DNA of 64,000 bases, from contig CAXXOA010000001.1 in assembly GCA_963666275.2 (NCBI GenBank), forward strand, positions 2,528,001 to 2,592,000, given 5' to 3'. The translations under genes were made by a program, and so were the position numbers. The DNA is from Oceanispirochaeta sp. (GTDB lineage: Bacteria; Spirochaetota; Spirochaetia; DSM-2461). Below, piece after piece: positions 1 to 8,509 of this stretch. The first letter of the stretch is position 1. The number at the start of each line of letters is the position of its first letter. The notes beneath the pieces were generated by a model. That model was not told the DNA's origin, searched no databases, and saw only the letters and a program-made list of their open reading frames with translations.

Positions 1-454
1 CAAGATAAAAAGCTTTGAAAGCCGTATTCCAGGGACCGGAAAACCCGGGATACCCGCCCTGAATTCCAAACATGGAGGCGGAAACCGAATCGGGAAAGGA
101 CAGGGCGAATCCGTAGAAAATCAGAGCTGTCGCATAAAGAGCCGCGGATTCCCTTTTTTTCACAGGCCTTATGAGAGAGAGGATCAGAATCGTTGCCAGA
201 GCGGGGTAGAAAATGAACAGCACAGAGAGGTAGCGATAGAGCTGAAAGCTGAGAGCATGGGGGAGCAGATATCCTGCTGCCGAAAGGATCAGATCAAATG
301 CCGCCCAGAGGATCACTGCAAACTGAAACCGAATAAACCCTTTGGACCGGGCATCTTCGGGACTGATCCTGCTGATATTTGTTATCAGAAAAACAGCCAC
401 ATGGGTTTGAAGGAGAAAAATAATCAGATAGTAGACAACCGCATATAATTTCAT
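1..454 (-). CDS. Multi-pass membrane protein running off the window; resembles an N-terminal 7TM sensor region (HisKA_7TM-like)
   Basis: Not in the ORF track. Manual translation from ATG at 454 gives MKLYAVVYYLIIFLLQTHVAVFLITN...FAVILWAAFDLIL...SVLFIFYPALATILILSL..., open to position 1 with several hydrophobic helices. Confidence 0.6.
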   Translation of the reverse strand, partial: MKLYAVVYYLIIFLLQTHVAVFLITNISRISPEDARSKGFIRFQFAVILWAAFDLILSAAGYLLPHALSFQLYRYLSVLFIFYPALATILILSLIRPVKKRESAALYATALIFYGFALSFPDSVSASMFGIQGGYPGFSGPWNTAFKAFYL

Positions 455-642
455 CTCAGATAATCTGATTATATAGTAATCATTACTAAAAAAAAGATCA
501 TTAAGGATAAATTATGATTTTTATCAGAATATTTATGGAATGAGCCTCCCGGGGGGCTGAAAAAGCCCCTGCAGGATGCAGCTCATTCCGCCAGGATCCT
601 CTCTCCCGCCGGCTCCGGCGGTATCCTTAAGAACGGGAACCC

Positions 643-1710
643 TCAGAATCTGATGGTCAAACCCGCATTGGCGCCGACCCAGAGGGAGACATTCACATCC
701 TCATGGGTTTCATCCAGGAAGGTATAGGGGACGGGAAGTTTTTGTCCTTCCTCCTCTTCTGTCAGATCATTCACATACACATTCAGGGAAGGTCCCGCAA
801 AAAGAGAGAGATGCTCTCCCAGTCCCATGTGGTAGTTCAGATCCACCTTGCTCAGGAGATTGAGATGTTCGGAGTCCCAGTTTTCCACCCTCACGATATT
901 GCTGGCAGATGCCTCCAGAGCCAGGCTGCTCCTTTCTCCCAGGGGGATGAGGGATCCCCATCCAAGACCGGAACTGAAAAGGCTGTCCGATTTGTCGGGA
1001 GAGGCCAGAGTGGTATAGGAGTCCTTACCGCTGAGGGTGCCACCGACTTTGAAAATGGTGTAAAACCGTTCCACACCCATCTTATAGCTCACATTGGCAA
1101 ACAGAGTATCCCCCGCAGACGTCTCCACAGCAAAGTATCCGCCCTTTACAATACTGAAGATTCCGATGGGCAGCCCCCTGTCGGCGCTGGCGGCCACGTT
1201 AACCACTCCCAGCTGAACACCTTTCAGATCCGCCGCATAATTGACAGTTCCCACCTGAAGCCCCTTCATATCCCCGGTGGTCACATTGATATTGGAGATC
1301 ATCACACCTGTTGTATTGCCGAAGACGCTGTTCAGGGTTCCCGACCAGATCAGCCCGACAGAATCGCCGAAATTTGTATTGGTCACTCCGGAAAGCTGTA
1401 TTCCCCGGGTCTCCTCCATATTGATATTGGACACTCCGGCCATCTGAATCCCGCTCACATCATGGGTATTGAAGTTCCCCACCCCGCCGACCTCCAGGGC
1501 ATCCACCCCTCCGTTCATTCCATACACAAGGTTCAGTGAAAAGGTGTTGGAGTACTCCATGGACTCCATGCCGCTGGTCCCCATGGGAAAGAAGAATGTG
1601 ACCTGTCCGGCCCGTTTATTCTCCGCTTCTTCGGCCGGAAGAACTGCTATGGTCATAAGGCATGCTGCCAGTAAGGGCAGATATCTTTTTATATGTTTCA
1701 TTTTATACAC
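643..1710 (-). CDS. Secreted or outer-membrane protein with ~15-aa G.Q..G..N repeats (LA_2272-like) and a beta-barrel-like C-terminus
   Basis: Signal peptide; repeats GIQMAGVSN, GIQLSGVTN, GLQVGTVN, GVQLGVVN; terminal aromatic residue (GLTIRF). Confidence 0.7.
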   Translation of the reverse strand: MYKMKHIKRYLPLLAACLMTIAVLPAEEAENKRAGQVTFFFPMGTSGMESMEYSNTFSLNLVYGMNGGVDALEVGGVGNFNTHDVSGIQMAGVSNINMEETRGIQLSGVTNTNFGDSVGLIWSGTLNSVFGNTTGVMISNINVTTGDMKGLQVGTVNYAADLKGVQLGVVNVAASADRGLPIGIFSIVKGGYFAVETSAGDTLFANVSYKMGVERFYTIFKVGGTLSGKDSYTTLASPDKSDSLFSSGLGWGSLIPLGERSSLALEASASNIVRVENWDSEHLNLLSKVDLNYHMGLGEHLSLFAGPSLNVYVNDLTEEEEGQKLPVPYTFLDETHEDVNVSLWVGANAGLTIRF

Positions 1711-1846
1711 TCCTGTATTCTCTTTTCCTATGTAACATTCGGGAAAACAGGATCTGTCTTTTTTTTATATGAGATTGAATAGGGAGTTGAAATTTCCTCC
1801 CTTCCCTGATTCTTTTCTTCAGGAAATTATAGTATTCTTATAGTCT

Positions 1847-3295
1847 ATGAATCGGAAAACCAATCGAAAATCTCTCAATATTCTTGCCTTTATCATTATC
1901 AGTGTCTTTCTTCTTTCCAGCATCGTCTCCTATCTTACCTCCAGGCAGAGCCTGAAATATGAGATATGGAACTCCTCACTTCCTCTTCTGAGTGAAAATA
2001 TATATTCGGACCTGCGCAGCTCCCTGTCTGTGCCCATCAATGTGTCCTCCTCTATGGCCCGGGATACCTTTCTGATGAAATGGGTCTCTTCGGGAGAAAA
2101 GGACAGCGGAGAAATCCGGAACTACCTGAATAACATCAAAGAAAAATACGGATTTTTCACCACTTTTTTTGTCTCTGAAGAGTCCCGGAACTACTACTAT
2201 TACGATGGCATTCTGAAAACCCTCTCCATCATGGACAGCCATGACAGCTGGTATTTTGATTTCAAATCATCCGGGCGGGAGATTGATCTGGATGTGGATA
2301 CGGACGAAGCCAGTGACGGGATTCTTACAATATTCATCAACTACCGTCTGGAGGATCCCGAGGGGAACCTACTGGGGGTTGTCGGAGTGGGACTGAAACT
2401 GGACAGGATTGCGGAATCGCTGATTAACAAACAGAAAAAATATAACCGGAATATCTATCTGGTCGATGAAAACGGCTATATTCAGGTCCATTCCCGGAGA
2501 GAACTGATTGAAAAAGTGAACATTTACAATAAAGAGGGAATGCAGGAGATTGCGGCAGACCTGATGGCCGAAACAGAAGTCCCCGTGGGAAAAACATACG
2601 GAGAGGGTCAGCAGCGTATTTTTGTGAGTTCCCGCTATATTCCCGAAATGGGCTGGCATGTGATCGTGGAACAGGATGAAAAGGGAGTCTATCGCAAAGC
2701 CAGGAGGATTCTCTATCTCAACCTGCTTCTGACCCTGGCTATCTCGGGCCTGCTTTTTGCCGTAAGCTACAGGATTCTCAGGAATTTTGAAAAGAACATG
2801 GAAGACCTGGCGGGAACGGATACTCTGACAGGGACAGCCAACAGACGGGAACTGGATAAACAGTTTGAAATTTTTCAGTACAGGATGCAGAGAGAGAAAA
2901 GGGATCTCAGCCTGATCCTGATCGACCTTGACAACTTCAAGACGATCAACGATGACCTGGGTCATCTCACTGGAGACGCGGTTCTAAAAAAGACAGCATC
3001 GGTCATACAGAACTCCATCAGGCCCACAGATCTGGTTGTCCGCTGGGGGGGGGATGAGTTTATCATCCTTATGGAGGGAAAGGCGCAGGATGCCCTTGAA
3101 ATTGCCGAACGGCTGCGCCGGACCTGCGGGGATCTGAAGGGCCCGGATATTCCCGCAGAGGCAGCACGGATTTTGACGATCAGTGCCGGTGTGGCCGGAT
3201 ACAGTGAAGGAGAAGATCTGAAAAGCCTGATTCACAAAGCGGACAAGGCCCTCTATTCCGCCAAAATGAAAGGGAAAAACTGCGTCGGAATCTGA
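1847..3295 (+). CDS. Membrane diguanylate cyclase (TM-dCache-TM-GGDEF)
   Basis: Two TM helices flanking a periplasmic domain; DTLTG, DLDNFKTINDDLGH, RWGGDEF, ADKALY motifs. Confidence 0.93.
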   Translation: MNRKTNRKSLNILAFIIISVFLLSSIVSYLTSRQSLKYEIWNSSLPLLSENIYSDLRSSLSVPINVSSSMARDTFLMKWVSSGEKDSGEIRNYLNNIKEKYGFFTTFFVSEESRNYYYYDGILKTLSIMDSHDSWYFDFKSSGREIDLDVDTDEASDGILTIFINYRLEDPEGNLLGVVGVGLKLDRIAESLINKQKKYNRNIYLVDENGYIQVHSRRELIEKVNIYNKEGMQEIAADLMAETEVPVGKTYGEGQQRIFVSSRYIPEMGWHVIVEQDEKGVYRKARRILYLNLLLTLAISGLLFAVSYRILRNFEKNMEDLAGTDTLTGTANRRELDKQFEIFQYRMQREKRDLSLILIDLDNFKTINDDLGHLTGDAVLKKTASVIQNSIRPTDLVVRWGGDEFIILMEGKAQDALEIAERLRRTCGDLKGPDIPAEAARILTISAGVAGYSEGEDLKSLIHKADKALYSAKMKGKNCVGI

Positions 3296-3386
3296 AGAGG
3301 ACCAGCCCTTCCGGTACGGAAAGATTGGAAAATCAGCTATTATACAGTCCCCGGCAGAAGGATTCGGGAATATGAGGTTCAGCCTC

Positions 3387-3416
3387 TTGCCTGAGACCGG
3401 GGAACTCTCCTATAAT
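3387..3416 (+). promoter_or_regulatory. Putative sigma70 promoter of the RRM gene, giving a ~150-nt AU-rich 5' UTR
   Basis: TTGCCT-N18-TATAAT. Confidence 0.55.
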
Positions 3417-3572
3417 AGCGTCAGTTCTATTAAATTTAAGTATTACATATTTCCTGTATCATAACAGTTCCGATTTTTTCCAATTTCGAATTATTATCAT
3501 CATATAAGGTTTAAGAAGTACTTGGTTAATTAACTAAATGAAAAACCGGGTATTTCCGGACAAGGAGTAGCT

Positions 3573-3851
3573 ATGTCTACAAAACTTTATGTGGGTAACA
3601 TGAATTACAAAACTATGGAAGATGATCTGGGAGAACTGTTCGCCCAGTTCGGTGATGTTGAAAATGTCATTATCATTACCGACAGGGAAACCAACAGATC
3701 CAAAGGATTCGGTTTTGTCGAAATGGCCGAGAAAGAAGCGGCTGACGAAGCGATCAAAGGTCTCAATGAGACCACATGGATGGACAGAAAAATCGTGGTA
3801 AATCAGGCCAGAGAACGGACTGAAAGACCCAGATACAACGATAACTATTAA
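3573..3851 (+). CDS. RRM (RNP-1) RNA-binding protein
   Basis: RNP2 KLYVGNM, RNP1 KGFGFVEM; AAGGAG RBS. Confidence 0.95.
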   Translation: MSTKLYVGNMNYKTMEDDLGELFAQFGDVENVIIITDRETNRSKGFGFVEMAEKEAADEAIKGLNETTWMDRKIVVNQARERTERPRYNDNY

Positions 3852-3874
3852 TTTCAGCGATCCTGAATAGAAGG

Positions 3875-3903
3875 CAGCCGGTTCATCCGGCTGTTTTTTT
3901 TTT
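3875..3903 (+). terminator. Intrinsic terminator
   Basis: CAGCCGG-TTCAT-CCGGCTG followed by T10. Confidence 0.9.
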
Positions 3904-3968
3904 GCTTTAAAAAAACGGCATCACATCGACTCAGTCCTGAAACCTGTCGTGATCGGCCGATTATTCCC

Positions 3969-3997
3969 TTGCCCAAACCCGGAGCTGGTATTATAGT
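3969..3997 (+). promoter_or_regulatory. Putative sigma70 promoter of the leader-RNHCP-rsgA operon
   Basis: TTGCCC-N17-TATAGT. Confidence 0.65.
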
Positions 3998-4029
3998 AAA
4001 GTTATATCTGATGACCTGAGGAGGCGTTC

Positions 4030-4080
4030 ATGTCAATATTTGTATCCCAGGATGTTCCTGTTCAGGGAATCGCCGGGTAA
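4030..4080 (+). CDS. Candidate leader peptide MSIFVSQDVPVQGIAG (16 aa)
   Basis: Strong GAGGAGG RBS just upstream; overlaps an arm (4051-4064) complementary to 4129-4141. Confidence 0.6.
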   Translation: MSIFVSQDVPVQGIAG

Positions 4081-4179
4081 CAAACCTTTCCCCTTCCCTA
4101 CAAGAAAAATCTCATAATCCTTTCTATTTGAACAGGACATCATTTCCCGACTCTTTTTTTGATAACAACAGGAGTTGGT

Positions 4180-4569
4180 ATGTCCAGACAAACAATAACT
4201 GACAACCGGGAACATCACAGCTACCGGGAAAACCAGGCATTTCTCTGCCGCCATTGCGGGATGACCGTACCCCCCGCTGAATTCGGTTCCCGTCAGAGGA
4301 ATCACTGTCCCCACTGCCTCTGGAGTCTTCATGTGGACCTGAAAAAGGGAGACCGCCGCAGCGGCTGCCGGGGTTTGATGGAGCCCATAAGCGTCTGGGT
4401 GAAGCCCTCTTCCGAGTGGGCTGTGATTCACAGATGCCGCAGCTGCGGTTTTATCCGAACCAACAGGATCGCCGGTGACGACAACGAGGGAATCCTTTTG
4501 AAACTGGCCGCAAGGCCTCTGACAATGCTGCCCTTCCCGGCAGAGAAAACATGGGAGAAAATACTATGA
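4180..4569 (+). CDS. RNHCP-domain zinc-ribbon protein
   Basis: FLCRHCG...QRNHCPHCLWSLHVD...CRGLMEP...HRCRSCG; AGGAG RBS before ATG 4180. Confidence 0.92.
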   Translation: MSRQTITDNREHHSYRENQAFLCRHCGMTVPPAEFGSRQRNHCPHCLWSLHVDLKKGDRRSGCRGLMEPISVWVKPSSEWAVIHRCRSCGFIRTNRIAGDDNEGILLKLAARPLTMLPFPAEKTWEKIL

Positions 4570-5678
4570 CAGAAAAGAAACGTACAGAACTTGAAGCCTC
4601 CCTCTCCCCCTGGGGGTGGAACAGCAGATGGCAGGCCCTCCGGGAAGCCGGCGGCACTCCGGATCTTCTTCCCGGCAGGATCACAACCGAATCCAGGCAG
4701 ATCTACACTGTGGAGGGCCCCGAAGGCCCTGTCACAGCCGGGATCAGCGGAGCCTATCACTACAGGGCGGTCCTCCGCTCTGACTACCCCGCCGTGGGAG
4801 ACTGGATTCTGTATAAACCCTCCGACGGAAACAAAGGGGTGATAGAGCAGCTGCTGCCCCGGCAGAGCTGTTTTTCCCGTAAAACCGCGGGAGAGCGGAC
4901 GGAGGAACAGATAATTGCCGCCAATATAGATACGGTTCTGCTTGTATTCGGCATCAACGGGGGAAGGAATTTCACATCAGGGGGGCTGGAGAGGTACCTG
5001 ACCCTGGCCTGGGAGAGCGGTGCTGTGCCTGTGGTAGTCCTGAACAAGGCGGACCTCTGTTCTGCCGAGGAGCGGGAAAAAGCCCTTCTGACCGCAGAGA
5101 ACTCTGCGCCGGGGGTCAGCATCTATGAGGTAAGCGCCCTAACCGGAGAGGGTCTGGAGGGTCTGACAGGCAGTATCTCCCCGGGGAGCACAGTTGCTCT
5201 CACAGGGCCTTCGGGTGTGGGGAAATCCACCATAATCAATGCTCTGGCCGGGCGGGAACTGCAGAAAACCACCTCCCAGAGGGAGGGGGATCTGAAGGGA
5301 CGCCACACAACCACCCGGAAAGAGATGTTCCGTCTGCCCGGCGGTCTGATCCTCATCGATACGCCGGGACTGAAGGAAATTCAGCTCTGGGCTTCCGAGG
5401 AGGCCCTGGCGGAAACCTTCGACGATATTGCCCTGCTGGCCCGGGAGTGCCGTTTTAAAGACTGCACCCACAGGGGGGAACCGGGCTGTGCCGTCCAGCA
5501 GGCCCTCAGCCGGGGGGAGCTGGAACACAGGCGCTATGAGAACTATCTGAATATGGAAAAGGAGCTGAACTATCTGAAAACCAGGCAGGACAGCCAGGCG
5601 GCCAGGATGGAGAGAGAAAAATGGAAAGGCATTGCCAAAATCCAGAAAGACCTGAAGAAACAGAATAAAAGGTCTTGA
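4566..5678 (+). CDS. rsgA: Ribosome small subunit-dependent GTPase A
   Basis: Circularly permuted G motifs NKAD, GPSGVGKS, GRHTT, DTPG; Zn site CRFKDCTHRGEPGC; ATGA overlap with the RNHCP stop. Confidence 0.95.
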   Translation: MTEKKRTELEASLSPWGWNSRWQALREAGGTPDLLPGRITTESRQIYTVEGPEGPVTAGISGAYHYRAVLRSDYPAVGDWILYKPSDGNKGVIEQLLPRQSCFSRKTAGERTEEQIIAANIDTVLLVFGINGGRNFTSGGLERYLTLAWESGAVPVVVLNKADLCSAEEREKALLTAENSAPGVSIYEVSALTGEGLEGLTGSISPGSTVALTGPSGVGKSTIINALAGRELQKTTSQREGDLKGRHTTTRKEMFRLPGGLILIDTPGLKEIQLWASEEALAETFDDIALLARECRFKDCTHRGEPGCAVQQALSRGELEHRRYENYLNMEKELNYLKTRQDSQAARMEREKWKGIAKIQKDLKKQNKRS

Positions 5679-5711
5679 AAAAAAAACAGGATTGTTCAAT
5701 AGTTAGTACAG

Positions 5712-5795
5712 ATGAAGAAAAACCAGACTTTACAGAACCTGCTCAGCCTACTACTAGGACTCCTACTCCGGAGCCCCATGGGTTGGTGCAGCTGA
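5712..5795 (+). CDS. Leucine-rich attenuator leader peptide MKKNQTLQNLLSLLLGLLLRSPMGWCS
   Basis: 9 Leu in 27 codons including CTA CTA CTA; lies upstream of a terminator and leuA. Confidence 0.85.
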   Translation: MKKNQTLQNLLSLLLGLLLRSPMGWCS

Positions 5796-5826
5796 CTGGT
5801 TTGATTTTTAATCAATAAGCAAGTTC

Positions 5827-5858
5827 AAAGGCCATGGGAATCTCCCATGGCCTTTTTT
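5827..5858 (+). terminator. Attenuator terminator of the leuA leader
   Basis: AAAGGCCATGGGA-ATC-TCCCATGGCCTTT with T-tract; CCCATGG within the leader ORF can pair with the 5' arm as an antiterminator. Confidence 0.88.
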
Positions 5859-5941
5859 ATTCTGCCTGATCCGTCCGGACACAGCGCAGATCCTGCCGGC
5901 CGGGGGAGAAAAAACCAATCCCCTGAGCCCGGGAGGAAAAG

Positions 5942-7081
5942 ATGAAACGTATTGCCGTATTTGACACCACATTAAGAGACGGAGAGCAGGTACCGGGAGC
6001 CAAACTGGCTGCGAAAGAGAAGCTCCTCCTGGCCCGGCAGCTGGAAAAACTGGGGGTGGATGTGATCGAAGCGGGATTTCCCGCCTCCTCTCCGGGGGAC
6101 GCCGAAGCGGTCAGGATGATTGCCGGGAGTGTGAAGACTCCGGTGATTACAGGACTGGCCCGTGCCGTAAAAGAAGACATCGATATCCTCTGGGAGTCGG
6201 TCCGCTACGCCGAACGGCCGCGGATCCACATTGTCCTGGGCAGTTCGGATATTCATATGAATAACAAGTTTAAAAAGGACAGAGAGGCCATGCTTGAAAT
6301 GGCCGTGGAAGCCGTGGCCTATGCGGCGCAGAAGTGCCCGGATGTGCAGTACTCGCCCGAGGATGCCACCAGAAGCGATCCGGAGTATCTGATCCGGGTG
6401 ATCCGGGAGGTCATCAAAGCCGGCGCCTCGGTGATCAATATTGCCGATACCGTGGGATGGGCGGTTCCCGATGAGTTCGGCAGCCTTATCAGAACCATCA
6501 GGCAGAGTGTTCCCGAACTGGAAGAGAAGACCCTGAGTGTCCACTGCCACAACGACTGCGGTCTGGCCACGGCCAATACCCTGGCGGCGGTGAAAAACGG
6601 CGCCGACCAGATCGAAGTGACCATGAACGGCATGGGTGAGCGGGCCGGGAACGCCGCCCTGGAGGAGACTGTCATGATCATGGGAACCCGGAGCGATTAC
6701 TACAGAGCTTCAACGGGCATACAGCACCGTCTGCTCGTCCCCACCAGCCGGATGGTTCAGCAGCAGATGGGCATTCCCGTTCAGGTGAACAAAGCCATTG
6801 TGGGGCAGAATGCCTTCCGTCACTCCTCGGGAATCCATCAGGACGGGATCCTCAAGAACCGGGAGAACTATGAGATCATCAGCCCCGAAATGGTGGGGGC
6901 CGTCCCCCATGAGTTTATCCTAACAGCCCGGTCGGGACGCCATGCGGTCCGCCATGTACTGGACAAAGCCGGAATAGGACTGGCCGAATCGGACTTTGAA
7001 CTGGTCTTTCAAAAATTCCTTCTTATGGCGGATTCCCGTAAAGAGGTGAAACTGGAACAGCTTCTGGGCCTGGTTAGCTGA
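5942..7081 (+). CDS. leuA: 2-isopropylmalate synthase, short form without the C-terminal regulatory domain
   Basis: DTTLRDGEQ, HCHND, GERAGNA, HSSGIHQDG motifs; 379 aa; Leu leader upstream. Confidence 0.88.
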   Translation: MKRIAVFDTTLRDGEQVPGAKLAAKEKLLLARQLEKLGVDVIEAGFPASSPGDAEAVRMIAGSVKTPVITGLARAVKEDIDILWESVRYAERPRIHIVLGSSDIHMNNKFKKDREAMLEMAVEAVAYAAQKCPDVQYSPEDATRSDPEYLIRVIREVIKAGASVINIADTVGWAVPDEFGSLIRTIRQSVPELEEKTLSVHCHNDCGLATANTLAAVKNGADQIEVTMNGMGERAGNAALEETVMIMGTRSDYYRASTGIQHRLLVPTSRMVQQQMGIPVQVNKAIVGQNAFRHSSGIHQDGILKNRENYEIISPEMVGAVPHEFILTARSGRHAVRHVLDKAGIGLAESDFELVFQKFLLMADSRKEVKLEQLLGLVS

Positions 7082-7100
7082 TACCCCACTCCCCCTGGGA

Positions 7101-7259
7101 TCATCGGATACCCGCTATCAGGGCAACCAGATAGTAGCCGATGATCATGGGGGGGACAGCCTTCTCCATATGTCCCGTCAGGACCTCCCATCTGTCCCGC
7201 CTTGTGAGTCTTACCGGTACAAAGCTCCTGCATTTGCCTGATTTCCAATTTTTTTTCAT
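7101..7259 (-). CDS. Small 52-aa protein with a basic N-terminus and C-terminal TM helix
   Basis: Below the ORF-track cutoff; AGGAGG RBS; MKKNWKSGKCRSFVPVRLTRRDRWEVLTGHMEKAVPPMIIGYYLVALIAGIR. Confidence 0.6.
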   Translation of the reverse strand: MKKNWKSGKCRSFVPVRLTRRDRWEVLTGHMEKAVPPMIIGYYLVALIAGIR

Positions 7260-7400
7260 TCTGAGACCTCCTGAAAAGGGGTTTTACAGGAACATTACAG
7301 GTTCTATGTGACATATCGCGGCACAGTTACCCGATTTTTTTGAAATAAAAGGAAAAATTCATTAGACCCAAAGAAAGACTCATTCGTCATATGGGGTGCG

Positions 7401-7964
7401 ATGGATCAGGTAAATGAGAAGAACAGACAGATTTCCCATGAACGGCTCGCTGATGCGTACAGGACCGAAAAGCCCGGCCTGACCGCCAGGATTCGAAAGG
7501 CGGGCAAGACCTGGGAGGAAGCGGAAGACCTGATTCACGATGTGTACACCGAAACCTGGGGAAGGCTGGATACACTGGCGGGGATCATCAATCTCCCCGC
7601 CTGGCTGAACGCCCTTGTAACCCGCCGTCTCATAGACACCTGGCGCCATGAAAAAGTCATAAGGGCCGCAGGGGAGACTGATGTTCCGGAAGAGACCATA
7701 CGGGAGGTCATAACGGGAGCCGGACTGGATCCGCTGAACTCCTATGTCCGTTCCTGTATGGTCGATGCTCTGGACGAAGCGATGAAATCCCTTCCCCCGG
7801 CTCAACGGAAGGTTCTGGAAGCTCAGGTATTCGGCGCCAGGACATTTGCCGAACTGGCCGGGGAGACAGGAGAGAGCATCGACACCCTGAAAGCCCGGAA
7901 ACGGTATGCGGTAAAGAAACTATCGGCAGTACTGAAACATTGGATAAATGAAGGTCTCTCATAA
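7401..7964 (+). CDS. ECF-type RNA polymerase sigma factor
   Basis: Region 2 EAEDLIHDVY...AWL...IDTWR; region 4 LPPAQRKV...FAELA...IDTLKARKRYA. Confidence 0.92.
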   Translation: MDQVNEKNRQISHERLADAYRTEKPGLTARIRKAGKTWEEAEDLIHDVYTETWGRLDTLAGIINLPAWLNALVTRRLIDTWRHEKVIRAAGETDVPEETIREVITGAGLDPLNSYVRSCMVDALDEAMKSLPPAQRKVLEAQVFGARTFAELAGETGESIDTLKARKRYAVKKLSAVLKHWINEGLS

Positions 7965-7981
7965 GAGACAGGAGGCAGAAG

Positions 7982-8458
7982 ATGATGGATGAGATTAGAC
8001 AGGAAATTCGCGAGGAGATACGGGAAGAGATACGCAGAGAGTTTGAAAAGGACTGGCAGAAGGAGAAAAAGAAAAATCCCCACTGCAATCCCGATGCCTG
8101 GTGGGAAGAGAGAAAACTGGGCCTGAAAATATTCCTGGGATTTCTGATAGGGCTGGGTATCATTGCCCTGATATTCCTCTTCGGCTGGGCGGTCATGCTC
8201 CTGTGGAACCGCCTGATGCCCGAGATATTCGGCCTGACAGAAATCAGCTACTGGCAGGCATGGGGACTCCTGATCCTCAGTTCGATCCTGTTCAAAAGCT
8301 CCCCTTTCGGCGGGCATGACAGCAGCAGGGGGGGAGACAGGCGCCGGCGGAAGGAGCTGAAAAAGCTTATGGACGATGAGATGCCCTTTCCTCCGGAAGA
8401 GGCAGAAAAATCCGTCCTTTCCGGAGAAGAAACAGAGATCAACCGGGAGAAGGATTAA
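7982..8458 (+). CDS. Membrane protein co-transcribed with the ECF sigma factor (possible anti-sigma or target)
   Basis: GGAGG RBS; VMLLWNRLMPEIFGLTEISYWQAWGLLILSSILF membrane motif. Confidence 0.8.
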   Translation: MMDEIRQEIREEIREEIRREFEKDWQKEKKKNPHCNPDAWWEERKLGLKIFLGFLIGLGIIALIFLFGWAVMLLWNRLMPEIFGLTEISYWQAWGLLILSSILFKSSPFGGHDSSRGGDRRRRKELKKLMDDEMPFPPEEAEKSVLSGEETEINREKD

Positions 8459-8509
8459 CCCCCTCTCCCCCGGGAGGATCCTATCCTCGTCCTTCCGGGA
8501 CAGGAACGG

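Noticed and set aside
703..1539. Long antisense ORFs (also 10910..11803, 16916..17857, 35359..36333, 53213..54145 and others)
   Set aside because: They overlap well-supported opposite-strand genes and are expected from codon bias
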